From the sequence record OZ035799.1: a DNA stretch of 64,000 nucleotides. One strand, given 5' to 3'. Each line of letters opens with the position of its first letter. Position 1 is the stretch's first letter. This document shows, in pieces, positions 26,724 through 36,046 of this stretch. The notes beneath the pieces are model-generated. The model was not told the origin of the DNA, ran no database searches, and saw nothing but the letters and a program-made list of their open reading frames with translations. Position numbers and translations under genes: made by a program. The stretch comes from Justusliebigvirus alia.

Positions 26724-27107
26724 ATGAGCAATATCATCAACCTGGCAGCGACTGTAAACGGTAAAGACTTTAACGGCGCTGTAGACCGTGATCCTATGTG
26801 GTGCTTATCAGTGTTTAAAGGCGACCTGGTTGAAGTTAGAACAACCGAAGGGTATAGCGATGATTATAAATGCGAGATCCATTTACATAACTGGTACACG
26901 GGTAAAACTTATGCGCTGAATCACGCGTTTATCGGGAAAATTGAATATCGCGAAATGATCGACGAAGAAACGGGGCAAGATTTTAGCGATTATGTTTATA
27001 TTCGTTCCGAAACATTAGCCGAACGGTTGATCGAGAAAATGAAAGCAAAAAATAAAATTAATTTATCTCATTGGATTGATATAACAAACGATCCAGCTTA
27101 TCAGTAA
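26724..27107 (+). CDS. hypothetical protein
   Basis: Start at MSNIINLAATVNGK with GAGGAAACACC SD. Confidence 0.5.
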   Translation: MSNIINLAATVNGKDFNGAVDRDPMWCLSVFKGDLVEVRTTEGYSDDYKCEIHLHNWYTGKTYALNHAFIGKIEYREMIDEETGQDFSDYVYIRSETLAERLIEKMKAKNKINLSHWIDITNDPAYQ

Positions 27108-27123
27108 ATAACATTCCATACAA

Positions 27124-27149
27124 GGGCGCAATAAGCGCCCTTTCTTTTT
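27124..27149 (+). terminator. rho-independent terminator
   Basis: GGGCGCAATAAGCGCCC hairpin + TTTCTTTTT; closes the plus-strand small-gene array. Confidence 0.65.
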
Positions 27150-27429
27150 ACCTCAATAAAGATGATAGCTTTTACCTATCAAAAACGTTCACCGAAAAAA
27201 GTGAATAGATCGCGGTATCGAGCTAATCAAGGAGCAGATGAACAACCATACCATGAAGATCATAAGGCGCTTACAACGTGTTTTAGACCGCTTATTTTTA
27301 ATTTCTTCATGCAACTATCTGGCAAAAACAGCCTTTTTCTTGTCTTTCCTCTTAAATGATAATCATTCTTATTTATAGCTGATTATTTATGCAATAAACT
27401 GCATAATGCAATAATGATAATCATTCTTA

Positions 27430-27780
27430 ACTTATGACCATCTAACCTATAAAATAATAAGTTATCTAACTAAATTAAAACTAATTATCTTACTTTTATT
27501 TATAACTTACTGTTACTATCTCATTGATAACCTTATATTAAACAACAATAACTAATATAAATCATTACTAAGCTAAATATAATCTATCTAACCTTTAAAA
27601 CTATAACTATAATCTATTGAATTATTGCACAAAGTAACTATTAAATCGTTAGTAACATTACTAAATAATTAATATCCTATTTATTTATGATCTAATCTTT
27701 ACCTTACTATCTATTACCTAAATAATCATTTTATACCGTAATCATTTCATACAATAATTATAACAAGAAATATAATTAGC
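27430..27780. other. G-poor, extremely AT-rich noncoding tract (strand-asymmetric composition)
   Basis: Top strand almost devoid of G over about 350 bp (cta/taa-rich); no ORFs. Confidence 0.4.
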
Positions 27781-27816
27781 AAGCGTATCATTAGCAGCCT
27801 ATGCCGGACACATAGG

Positions 27817-27965
27817 CGGCTAATAATAACGCAACTACACACCCCACATAATAACCATCACCGATAGTTATTATTTGTGCTTATGTAGCTTGCAACAACT
27901 GCAAGCGCAACAATATACATGGTATATTGTATTCCCTTACATTGTTGCGGTGCGTTATTATTAGC
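27817..27965. repeat. long-range inverted repeat (15-bp perfect arms) enclosing a palindrome
   Basis: GCTAATAATAACGCA (27818-27832) and TGCGTTATTATTAGC (27950-27964); internal GCTTGCA-acaac-TGCAAGC palindrome near 27890. Confidence 0.5.
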
Positions 27966-27984
27966 TAATGTTTAGAACATTGGC

Positions 27985-28062
27985 TATAATATAAGCTATC
28001 CAATAATATAAGCTATCCAATAATAATAAGCTATACAATAATAATAAGCTATACAATAATAA
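27985..28062. repeat. iteron-like direct repeats (4 copies, 17-18 bp)
   Basis: ataagctatccaataat x2 followed by ataagctatacaataata x2 in tandem. Confidence 0.6.
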
Positions 28063-28944
28063 ACATCGTGAATAATGATGCTGATGATCATAATGCGCCA
28101 CCTTCCAGGGCGGCGCTATGTGAACACAAAGAAATCTTTCTTGTCAAGAAAAATATTAACACTATTGCGCAAAATTATTTATATATGAATAGATGGTTTT
28201 TCATACTATTGCCCCTATAACATACCTCATTTGTTGCAATGTACCTTCCTATTTGTTGAGTATAGTTATAGCCTATTTGTTGAGCCTACTTTCTTAAAAG
28301 CGCAATAAAGTAGAAATATCTTGATTTTTAGTCGGTTTTATAGTACAGAAAGTATGCAAATGATAATCATTATCAGCTATCTTCCACGGGTAGCACTATT
28401 TCACGCCAGATCATTTCATTTGGCAAGGTGTATATAGATGTTTAGACTTGCCAAGCCATTGATTTACTTAGAATTTATCTGTTTTGTTGTGAGTAGTACC
28501 TTTCTTGCTCAGAAAATAATCAAAAGTCTTATAAGTCATTGAATGATAATGCAAATGATAATTATTCTCATTGATATTTGAGGGGGACGGTCGGCAGAAA
28601 TCGGGGGGCGCTGAAAATCGCGTTAAGCACCTCTCGCAAGCGAGCAGTATTTTGCGGCAAGTTATTGATATTATTGACTTTACGCTTATGAAAAGGGGGT
28701 GTGTCGAAATAAATCGGGTATACCGGAAAATTTTTGTGGCATAGATATTTATTTGTCTATATTATGTACAAAGGGGTGTGTTAAAAATATTAGGTATATA
28801 TAGAATAATTGATAGGGAAATCCTATGCTAATCCCTCCATTAATGATGTTCCTATGTTACTGTTCTTGTAATAGATGAAAAGACGCTGTATGATGTGTGG
28901 CATGAAACGTAAACTTACAACGTAAACTTATAAAGGAGTCTGAT

Positions 28945-29322
28945 ATGTGTGTTCCTCTTAGCAGTCCACTGCTGTTAGAATTTTACAAAGCATGGATGCA
29001 AGATCATTCCTCAATGCATCGTGAGAATGTTGGTTTGTGTATTTGCCTTATGGATTATCTGGCAACCACTATGTCAAAGAAAAAACCTACGCGAGAAGAT
29101 ATAGAACATTTCAAAATGGTTCGCAGTAAAACGCTGGAAGAGATGAAATTGCAATTCACGTGTGCTGGGCTATCCTCCTTCCTGCCCTTTAATGATGATC
29201 TTCTGTGTTATGAAGATGAAGGTAAGAAACATTCTTGCCATACTAACCCAGAGAGATTGCAGTGGGTGAAAGATCGTATTGCCGATTCATGTTTGGTGTT
29301 AGGGGGTGATAATGAAAAGTAA
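28945..29322 (+). CDS. hypothetical protein, paralog family A (copy 1)
   Basis: Shares L..FY.AW, GLC.CL.DY, QFTCAGL...LPFN, CHTN..RLQWVKDRI with ORFs at 29312, 31604, 32596. Confidence 0.5.
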   Translation: MCVPLSSPLLLEFYKAWMQDHSSMHRENVGLCICLMDYLATTMSKKKPTREDIEHFKMVRSKTLEEMKLQFTCAGLSSFLPFNDDLLCYEDEGKKHSCHTNPERLQWVKDRIADSCLVLGGDNEK

Positions 29323-29680
29323 TATTCCGTTGAGTAGTGCAGCTTTAATACGATTCTATAAAGCATGGATTGCCAACCATCCGGCAATGAATCGCACAAC
29401 GAGTGGCTTGTGTGGTTGTCTGGTAGATTATGTAGATGATTTTGTTGGTGAGGTAACTAGAGAAGAAGATAAAAGATGGCGTGATCGTTTGTTGGATAGT
29501 TTGAAATACGAAATGAGGAAACAATTTACATGTGCAGGACTGGACTACAATCTTCCGTTCAATGCAGATTGCATGGATTACCTTTCAGAATGTATAGACT
29601 TGGCGTGTCATACCAACACGTTACGTCTTCAATGGGTGAAAGACAGAATCGAAGATGCAAATAATGCTTGCATTGAATAG
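29312..29680 (+). CDS. hypothetical protein, paralog family A (copy 2)
   Basis: Same motif set as copy 1; start could also be 29306. Confidence 0.5.
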   Translation: MKSNIPLSSAALIRFYKAWIANHPAMNRTTSGLCGCLVDYVDDFVGEVTREEDKRWRDRLLDSLKYEMRKQFTCAGLDYNLPFNADCMDYLSECIDLACHTNTLRLQWVKDRIEDANNACIE

Positions 29681-29751
29681 AAATGCCTGTACACTGTGTT
29701 CCATAAGATATGCAATATCGCGCATAACAAAACTACTAATGAGAGGTGTAA

Positions 29752-30210
29752 ATGAAAACTGTATCTTTGTATCTTGCTAACACGGAGCGTGTACATAATC
29801 TTGTAAAAGAATGCGGTGTGAGTGTTCAATTTAACATAGGAACGCCTTCCGTGGTGACAGGCAGCGAGATGTGTGTTATTGATTTCATCAATGAATATTT
29901 TCGTGGGAAGCCTATTGCTCGTCACTTCATTCGAGAAATGCGAGATGTACAACAGGATTATGAATTCTACCCAGAAATTTGTGAACGCTATGAAACTATT
30001 CTTAGTTCTGTAGAAGATCCAGATACCAGTGAAACAGGTGTTTCCCACTTACTGTGGATGTTGAATGAAATCCAGGATGGGTGTAATGATATGTCTGAAA
30101 CCAAACGCCATCGTTGGCTAGGCTATATTCAGGGTGTTATGGTTATGAAAAACCTTATTACAGTTGATGATGAACGTAACGCTACGCGCCCCGTCTTTAA
30201 TGGAGCATAA
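29752..30210 (+). CDS. hypothetical protein
   Basis: 152 aa; no secure motif. Confidence 0.5.
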   Translation: MKTVSLYLANTERVHNLVKECGVSVQFNIGTPSVVTGSEMCVIDFINEYFRGKPIARHFIREMRDVQQDYEFYPEICERYETILSSVEDPDTSETGVSHLLWMLNEIQDGCNDMSETKRHRWLGYIQGVMVMKNLITVDDERNATRPVFNGA

Positions 30211-30211
30211 C

Positions 30212-30427
30212 ATGAAAAGCATCCAGGTGTGTATTGAAAATAATTGTGGTTATCTGGGATTGACACACGTTGCTTTCCCTCTTATGTTAGATGCCGATAT
30301 CGCTTACAGCGGAGTTGCTTATGTGTCATTCAAGACAATGAGCCAAGTACCTGGCTGGAAGTGGGAAGTAGTTGATGTTGTTGAAGGAGAAGACTATGTT
30401 TTCCTTCCACACGAATATACTGTTTAA
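30212..30427 (+). CDS. hypothetical protein
   Basis: Start at MKSIQVCIENN with GGAG SD directly after upstream stop. Confidence 0.45.
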   Translation: MKSIQVCIENNCGYLGLTHVAFPLMLDADIAYSGVAYVSFKTMSQVPGWKWEVVDVVEGEDYVFLPHEYTV

Positions 30428-30441
30428 AAGAGGAAAAGAAG

Positions 30442-30618
30442 ATGGATAAACAAACTACTGTGTACTTAGTAACAAAGAATACCCCAGGCTGGAGCCAATG
30501 CAGCACTGTACCTTACAAAATCTGTGCAACATTAGAACTAGCACAACGTGCAGAAGCAGAAGTGAATGCCATGCAATACAGCTATGGTGAAATCATTCCT
30601 TTTACTCTTGAACAATAA
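30442..30618 (+). CDS. hypothetical small protein
   Basis: 58 aa (MDKQTTVYLVTKNTPGWSQCSTVPYKICATLELAQRAEAEVNAM...); AGAGGAAAAGAAG SD; not in track. Confidence 0.35.
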   Translation: MDKQTTVYLVTKNTPGWSQCSTVPYKICATLELAQRAEAEVNAMQYSYGEIIPFTLEQ

Positions 30619-30629
30619 GGAGTTGTGTA

Positions 30630-31082
30630 ATGTTTGAAATTGGTAAAGTGTATCGTTTTAAAAACCCATCTTATATCCGTAAGTTTGCTAACGTGTCTGA
30701 GTGCAATAGCAGGATTGCTTCTTTTTTAGGTGATTCCTATTTTCGTGTATTAGATGTGGATGACTGGTATGGTGTCACTGCTTTGCAATCCTTAGCAGGA
30801 GAACAAGAAATTATCGCTCAAAATGAAGGAGACTTTCTTCAGTGTTACACGTTGCTTGCAAAAAGTGAGTTTGAGTATTTTGTAGAAGTCTTAGAGGAAG
30901 CACCAAAAAGTAAACACGAAGAGAAATACCTGCTTGTAGTGGATGGAGTTCCGATCATGGAAACCATCTCCCGTGAGGAAGTTGAAAAAGAGGCGAAACG
31001 TTACAAACTGGATCGTACACAGAGTGTAGTTGAAGTCTATTCTCTTGTTGGTGTTGCAGATATTCATGTGAACATTGTATAA
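30630..31082 (+). CDS. hypothetical protein
   Basis: 150 aa ORF. Confidence 0.5.
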   Translation: MFEIGKVYRFKNPSYIRKFANVSECNSRIASFLGDSYFRVLDVDDWYGVTALQSLAGEQEIIAQNEGDFLQCYTLLAKSEFEYFVEVLEEAPKSKHEEKYLLVVDGVPIMETISREEVEKEAKRYKLDRTQSVVEVYSLVGVADIHVNIV

Positions 31083-31085
31083 TAT

Positions 31086-31298
31086 ATGTGTAATGACAGA
31101 TACATTCTTCGTGTATCTGATAAGTCTCCTATGTTTGACTGGCGGGGCTGGTGGCTACTGGCTCCGATGCAAGGTCTGACTGACGTGGAAAAGGAGGCTT
31201 ATGTGTATACAAAAGAAGATATAGAAGATAACCTTTATTTGACAGATAACATTAAGAATGGTATCTTTGAGTGTAAATTGAAAGGAGAGGAAGAATGA
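31086..31298 (+). CDS. hypothetical protein
   Basis: 70 aa ORF. Confidence 0.4.
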   Translation: MCNDRYILRVSDKSPMFDWRGWWLLAPMQGLTDVEKEAYVYTKEDIEDNLYLTDNIKNGIFECKLKGEEE

Positions 31299-31594
31299 CT
31301 GTTACAGAAAAACTGCGTTGTATTGCAAAGCAAAGTGGAGAAGGCTTATGGTTTCCTATTGATGAAGTTATTCAGGACTGTTATGATCAGGCTAAGACTG
31401 GCAAATATTCCAAAGCATTTAAACCATCTGTTTTCGGTTTGGATGACTATCCGACAAATGAACAAGCAAGGAAACGCCAAGTTGATTTGATTGATCTTGC
31501 TATGGAAGCACTACGAGAGCGTGGGCTTAGTAAGGTGTATGCTTTAAACACCAAAGAGGGTTTTGTAGATTCAGTGATCGTAGATTGGCATTAA
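31295..31594 (+). CDS. hypothetical protein
   Basis: 99 aa ORF, ATGA overlap. Confidence 0.5.
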   Translation: MTVTEKLRCIAKQSGEGLWFPIDEVIQDCYDQAKTGKYSKAFKPSVFGLDDYPTNEQARKRQVDLIDLAMEALRERGLSKVYALNTKEGFVDSVIVDWH

Positions 31595-31603
31595 GGAGAA
31601 GCC

Positions 31604-31972
31604 ATGCAAGAAAATAATAAAGTGTGTAACATGAAAAGCAGCCCCTATTTGCTACAATTTTATGAGTGGTGGTTAGAACAAGAAGATACAAACTTTAGCA
31701 AAAAGCATTATGGTCTTTGCACGTGTCTTGTAGACTTCTTATACAATATTGCTTGGATAAAAGATGTTGAGAATGTATCAAAGCTCCAATCCTCTGTACG
31801 AGAGGAAATGAAGGAACAATTTAAGAAAGCGGGTTTGAACCATTTACATCCGTTTAATACGGATTTCTCGCACTACTTTACGGAAACAGAGCTAGGCATT
31901 GCACACCTTAATAAAGAACGTGTACAATGGGTGATTGATCGTATTCGTGATATGGAGGAATACAATGGTTAA
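31604..31972 (+). CDS. hypothetical protein, paralog family A (copy 3)
   Basis: LLQFYEWW, GLCTCLVDF, QFKKAGL..LHPFN, RVQWVIDRI. Confidence 0.5.
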   Translation: MQENNKVCNMKSSPYLLQFYEWWLEQEDTNFSKKHYGLCTCLVDFLYNIAWIKDVENVSKLQSSVREEMKEQFKKAGLNHLHPFNTDFSHYFTETELGIAHLNKERVQWVIDRIRDMEEYNG

Positions 31973-32183
31973 GTTTAAAACTTTCTGTGCAATCACTGTT
32001 TGTCTTATTCTTGCATACGTGTTATTCTCTGGTATCGTTCGTTTAGGTGAGTATATGGCAAGAGAAGCTCGTGCAAGCGAAGCTAAAAAAGAACAGTGTA
32101 TTGTGTTCAAGCATCAAAGAGATGCTGAAAAGTTTCTCGCACTTGATTGCAATCGTTATGTATCTTATCAAATGTATGAGTAA
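31965..32183 (+). CDS. hypothetical membrane-anchored protein, paralog family C (copy 1)
   Basis: N-terminal TM helix then KEQCIVFKHQRDAEKFL..DCNRY, similar to ORF 36047; GGAGGAATACA SD. Confidence 0.45.
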   Translation: MVKFKTFCAITVCLILAYVLFSGIVRLGEYMAREARASEAKKEQCIVFKHQRDAEKFLALDCNRYVSYQMYE

Positions 32184-32192
32184 GGAGGGTTT

Positions 32193-32417
32193 ATGGTAAA
32201 ACGTCTAGAATGGGATGCGTGTACTGCTCACGCTTGTCACTGTGATATTGTTGAAGATCCTAACGGAGAGATGGTGTATTATGAGGATTACGAAGCATTG
32301 CACAATGCTGTGATTGCTTTGCTGGATGATATTAGCTCACGCTATCCAGGACAACAATTCACGTGTCCACATATCCAACTATTAGCCGAACTTACGGAGT
32401 ATCCAAGTGTTCCATAA
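32193..32417 (+). CDS. hypothetical protein, paralog family B (copy 1)
   Basis: MVKRLEWDACTAHACHCDIVEDPNGEMVYYEDYEAL resembles ORF 36953 (CDIVPDPEGDYVLLADYNKL). Confidence 0.45.
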   Translation: MVKRLEWDACTAHACHCDIVEDPNGEMVYYEDYEALHNAVIALLDDISSRYPGQQFTCPHIQLLAELTEYPSVP

Positions 32418-32418
32418 T

Positions 32419-32586
32419 ATGGGTGTCCCTGAACAACTCCTCTTTATTGTAGGATTAGTAGGCTTATTGGCGGCTGGAGCTAAAGCCGCTTCTCACACGC
32501 ATCACATAATGTTAAGATTTCTATTCCTGCTCCCTTCTATCCTCGTACTACTAGTCATACTGATCGATAACATTTTTCACAATTAA
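32419..32586 (+). CDS. hypothetical small membrane protein
   Basis: 55 aa with two hydrophobic segments; not in track. Confidence 0.3.
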   Translation: MGVPEQLLFIVGLVGLLAAGAKAASHTHHIMLRFLFLLPSILVLLVILIDNIFHN

Positions 32587-32595
32587 GGAGAGGCT

Positions 32596-33180
32596 ATGAG
32601 TAAAATTATACCAAGCAGTTATGAATTATTGCAGTTTTATGTATATTATATAGACTGGGTTAATAGATCGAATGTTAAAGACAATGCGATGTTTAGTAAA
32701 AACATCTGTTTAACAGAAAGTATCTTCCGTTATTGGCACACAGGCAGAAAGTGTACACACAGTGAAGCTATGCGTATTGTAGGTGAATACCTGGAGCAAT
32801 TGCAAAAAGCAGAACTTCCTGTCCTTCACCCATTCAATGAATCTAAAGAAGAATTAGAACAAGAGTGTAGAGAAGGTAAGTGCCATCTGAATGAAAAACG
32901 TATCGAATGGGTGAGGCAACGTTTAGCCGATGCAGGAAATCCTCCTAGTGACTCTGACTATACGTGGTATGATGTAGAGGGTTTAGTTCAAGGTTTTGAG
33001 GCTTGTGCTATAGATAATACCAACTTTGCCAAAGTTTTATGCGAGGCTTATGACCTGGCAGATAAAATCCGAAATCACGGATGGAAACAAGAGCATAAAG
33101 AATCATATGAACGCCTTGACAAGATTTTCAAACAGATCTATTCTAACCACAAGAAGATGTTCCAAATGGAGGATGTGTAA
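32596..33180 (+). CDS. hypothetical protein, paralog family A (copy 4, extended C-terminus)
   Basis: LLQFYVYYIDW, LPVLHPFN, RIEWVRQRL plus about 80 extra C-terminal residues. Confidence 0.5.
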   Translation: MSKIIPSSYELLQFYVYYIDWVNRSNVKDNAMFSKNICLTESIFRYWHTGRKCTHSEAMRIVGEYLEQLQKAELPVLHPFNESKEELEQECREGKCHLNEKRIEWVRQRLADAGNPPSDSDYTWYDVEGLVQGFEACAIDNTNFAKVLCEAYDLADKIRNHGWKQEHKESYERLDKIFKQIYSNHKKMFQMEDV

Positions 33181-33246
33181 TGAAAGAGATTATGTTTGAA
33201 GGGCATCGCATTGAATTGCTAAAACACGTTAAATAAGGAGAGTAAT

Positions 33247-33651
33247 ATGTGGTCTGTTAAAATCAAATATAATGCGCAGTATTATGGTGGAAAGCCTTAC
33301 GAAGTTGTTATTTGTGACTGTATCTCTAAAGAAGTTGCACAGCTTTGTGGTGCTGGTGTTAGTGAAGCTATGAACAAAATGCATAACTCGACTGTGCGTT
33401 ACCTGGATCAAGATATTCCAGAAGATGTAAATGACTATGCTTACGAAGTTATTTACAGTGAAGGTAAGAAGCTCTCTATTGAAGATGCACTTAAAGCACT
33501 ACCTGCTATGTGCAGCCCAACACCAGAAGCAGTTAAAGAGATTTTACCAGAATCCAACCCCGATGAATATGCCTCTATGGTTGCTTCAGATATGTGGAAT
33601 CTCTGTCGAGAAACTATGATTAAAAATCTTGTGGAAATGGCACATGAGTAA
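33247..33651 (+). CDS. hypothetical protein
   Basis: 134 aa ORF with AAGGAGAG SD. Confidence 0.5.
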   Translation: MWSVKIKYNAQYYGGKPYEVVICDCISKEVAQLCGAGVSEAMNKMHNSTVRYLDQDIPEDVNDYAYEVIYSEGKKLSIEDALKALPAMCSPTPEAVKEILPESNPDEYASMVASDMWNLCRETMIKNLVEMAHE

Positions 33652-33862
33652 AACGCACTTTATACATCCGTTTGATCCAAAGAACAAAGAGGTTATACAC
33701 CGCCGTTGGACTGAAACGCGCATTACAAAATGTCCTGTGCCAGCAGCACAGGAATATAACAAAACATATAAAGCAGAATTTGTGGAGTACACCTTTGTGA
33801 ATAACAAAGGGAAGGAGGTTTATGTTCCAGAATACTGCCTTTGGATAAAATGGGAGGAATAA
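33644..33862 (+). CDS. hypothetical protein
   Basis: Start at MSKTHFIHPF; overlaps upstream stop. Confidence 0.4.
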   Translation: MSKTHFIHPFDPKNKEVIHRRWTETRITKCPVPAAQEYNKTYKAEFVEYTFVNNKGKEVYVPEYCLWIKWEE

Positions 33863-34029
33863 TGCAAACATTTTTTATCGACAAGTTCAATAAAAGTATG
33901 AACACGTGGATGGCAACATTCACTATGCAATTTGCGTCATTTAAAGAAGCTCAAGAATGGTGCGATCAACACAAGGATTTTGATTTTTACTATCAAGTTA
34001 ATGCAAACCTTTCTCCAGAGGAGAAATAA
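33862..34029 (+). CDS. hypothetical protein
   Basis: Start at MQTFFIDKF with GGGAGGAATA SD; track ORF start is TTG. Confidence 0.35.
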   Translation: MQTFFIDKFNKSMNTWMATFTMQFASFKEAQEWCDQHKDFDFYYQVNANLSPEEK

Positions 34030-34030
34030 T

Positions 34031-34375
34031 ATGTTAGCTGATATTGAAATCCTTATGTACCGACAAGGTATGATCAAAATGTGGCTAGATTCTTTTAGCA
34101 ACATATACTGCACAGTACGATCAGCAGACGAGCGTAAAACGCTTATTTTATCTGCTATTGTTGATAAACAACGTTTCTTCAAAGAAATTTTGCAAACAGG
34201 CTTCTCCGATGCAGGAGTAGAGATTGCAACGCTTAGTCTTGGAGTGCTGTCTTACTTGGAATCCGTTGTTTTATATGTCTTCTCTTTAGAAGAACACTTG
34301 CAATTTGAAGCATTAAAACTTATCTTAGATGCTGCAATTGACATAGAACAAAATCGAATTGATTCTTTTGAATAA
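34031..34375 (+). CDS. hypothetical protein
   Basis: Start at MLADIEILMY with GGAGAAATAAT SD. Confidence 0.45.
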   Translation: MLADIEILMYRQGMIKMWLDSFSNIYCTVRSADERKTLILSAIVDKQRFFKEILQTGFSDAGVEIATLSLGVLSYLESVVLYVFSLEEHLQFEALKLILDAAIDIEQNRIDSFE

Positions 34376-34391
34376 AAATAAGGAGGAAACT

Positions 34392-34850
34392 ATGCAAGAG
34401 GTTAAACATTATCCACATGGTCGTAGTTTTGTAGCTGTATGGCATGTTCCTGCTCGTAATGAACTATTTTGTGCATCTTTTCATTACAAAGATGGACAAT
34501 ATTTCACCTATGACGAAACGATGGATGATTTTATCCCAGAGTGCGATCATGGGTATACACCAATGTTCTTTAAACGTATGAAAGCTCGTTTCTTCGTTAC
34601 AGATGTTGATGGTGAACCTACTTGGCACATCGAAGAAGATTGGCAAGATTCTGTGGATATTAAAGAAGCCCCAGAATGGGCTACATTACTGGTACACGTC
34701 AAAACCCCTACTCTTGACGTTATGGCGTGGGTTAATCATGATGATACCCATTACCAATACATAAATGGTAGCACAGAGATTTCTGGTGAGATTATTGGTC
34801 GTTGGAAGCCTACGAATCAGGTTGCTATTGTCGGGTATAAGACAGTATAA
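34392..34850 (+). CDS. hypothetical protein
   Basis: Start at MQEVKHYPHG with AAGGAGGAAAC SD. Confidence 0.5.
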   Translation: MQEVKHYPHGRSFVAVWHVPARNELFCASFHYKDGQYFTYDETMDDFIPECDHGYTPMFFKRMKARFFVTDVDGEPTWHIEEDWQDSVDIKEAPEWATLLVHVKTPTLDVMAWVNHDDTHYQYINGSTEISGEIIGRWKPTNQVAIVGYKTV

Positions 34851-34851
34851 T

Positions 34852-35046
34852 ATGAAAAATAGTGTAGATTGGGATGATTTATCCGATTTTGAAAAATGGT
34901 TCTTAGGTAGTGGTTGTTATGCAGATGGGGATCTCGAAAGAGATCCTTCTGGAAACTACACTATGCCATTAACCCAAGGTTTTTATGAGTGCTGGTGCGC
35001 AGCACAAAACAACGTACTGAATAAGGAGACAACACAATGCAATTAA
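34852..35046 (+). CDS. hypothetical protein
   Basis: Start at MKNSVDWDD. Confidence 0.4.
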   Translation: MKNSVDWDDLSDFEKWFLGSGCYADGDLERDPSGNYTMPLTQGFYECWCAAQNNVLNKETTQCN

Positions 35047-35276
35047 ACATCGGACAACCCATTTTTGATGCAGATACTGGTCAATATGCAGTGATTGTTG
35101 CTCGTATGAGCGGTGATGACCTTATTGTTTCAGAACTACTCGGATCAGATCCACAACTGCGCGTAGTATGTGACCTATATCTTCGAGACGAAAGTGATCG
35201 CATTGCACTGAAAGAAGATGGTATGCTCTACTATACCTGGACTAGAGATCCTGGGGTAACGGAGGTAGAGGTATAA
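35037..35276 (+). CDS. hypothetical protein
   Basis: 79 aa ORF. Confidence 0.45.
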   Translation: MQLNIGQPIFDADTGQYAVIVARMSGDDLIVSELLGSDPQLRVVCDLYLRDESDRIALKEDGMLYYTWTRDPGVTEVEV

Positions 35277-35575
35277 TGGTAAGGAATAGGGGTTTACATA
35301 AAAGAAGACACCTTACTTACTGGCATCGTAAAGTACATGAACCTGTATCAAAGAAAGAATGGCAGTATCTGCCTTATGGGAAGGAGCGAAGAAAGTATTT
35401 GTTAGCTCATTTAAGGGTACATGGTTCTCTTCCTGTTAACAGTAAGTGGCAATTGCAAACAGCTTATGACGAAGATATGAAATATCTGTTAAAGAGGGGC
35501 ATTATTTGCCTTGTTAAGATCGGACGATGGAAATCTCGTCAATCTTATATCGTACTTAAACAGGAGAAACGATGA
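35276..35575 (+). CDS. hypothetical basic protein
   Basis: 99 aa, Lys/Arg/His-rich. Confidence 0.45.
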   Translation: MVRNRGLHKRRHLTYWHRKVHEPVSKKEWQYLPYGKERRKYLLAHLRVHGSLPVNSKWQLQTAYDEDMKYLLKRGIICLVKIGRWKSRQSYIVLKQEKR

Positions 35576-35823
35576 ATATCAAAGATGTTGTAGCATACGT
35601 AGAAGATGAAGTTAAAAACCATACAAGTTTACTGAAAGTAATGGTTGTGGTTAAAGATGGTATTGGACAAGTAAACGTACAACATGTCTTATCTGACACT
35701 GTATATAATGTGTTTGAATGTAAAGAAACACCTCATGGAGTACGTGTGGTTTATATTGATAACAATTTCAAAGAATGTGTGAGACATACCTTAGAAAATG
35801 AACTAAGGATCACAATCTTATGA
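35572..35823 (+). CDS. hypothetical protein
   Basis: 83 aa ORF, ATGA overlap. Confidence 0.45.
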   Translation: MNIKDVVAYVEDEVKNHTSLLKVMVVVKDGIGQVNVQHVLSDTVYNVFECKETPHGVRVVYIDNNFKECVRHTLENELRITIL

Positions 35824-35993
35824 GTTATTATGTTGTACCTTATGCCAATAAGTGGAGAGTAAGAGAAACTTGTTTTCTATTCTCCTGGTGGGCTACGTTC
35901 GGAGATGGTTGTGGGAATGATACAGGAAAGCCTGTAGAGTACGACACAAAAGAAGAATGTGAACAGTGGATAAAATTAACACAAAGATGTTGA
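35820..35993 (+). CDS. hypothetical small Cys-rich protein
   Basis: 57 aa (MSYYVVPYANKWRVRETCFLFSWWATFGDGCGND...ECEQWIKLTQRC); not in track. Confidence 0.3.
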   Translation: MSYYVVPYANKWRVRETCFLFSWWATFGDGCGNDTGKPVEYDTKEECEQWIKLTQRC

Positions 35994-36046
35994 CACGATC
36001 TTAACTTCTTGTTAGTATCAATGTGTACTAACGATAAGGAGGGTTT

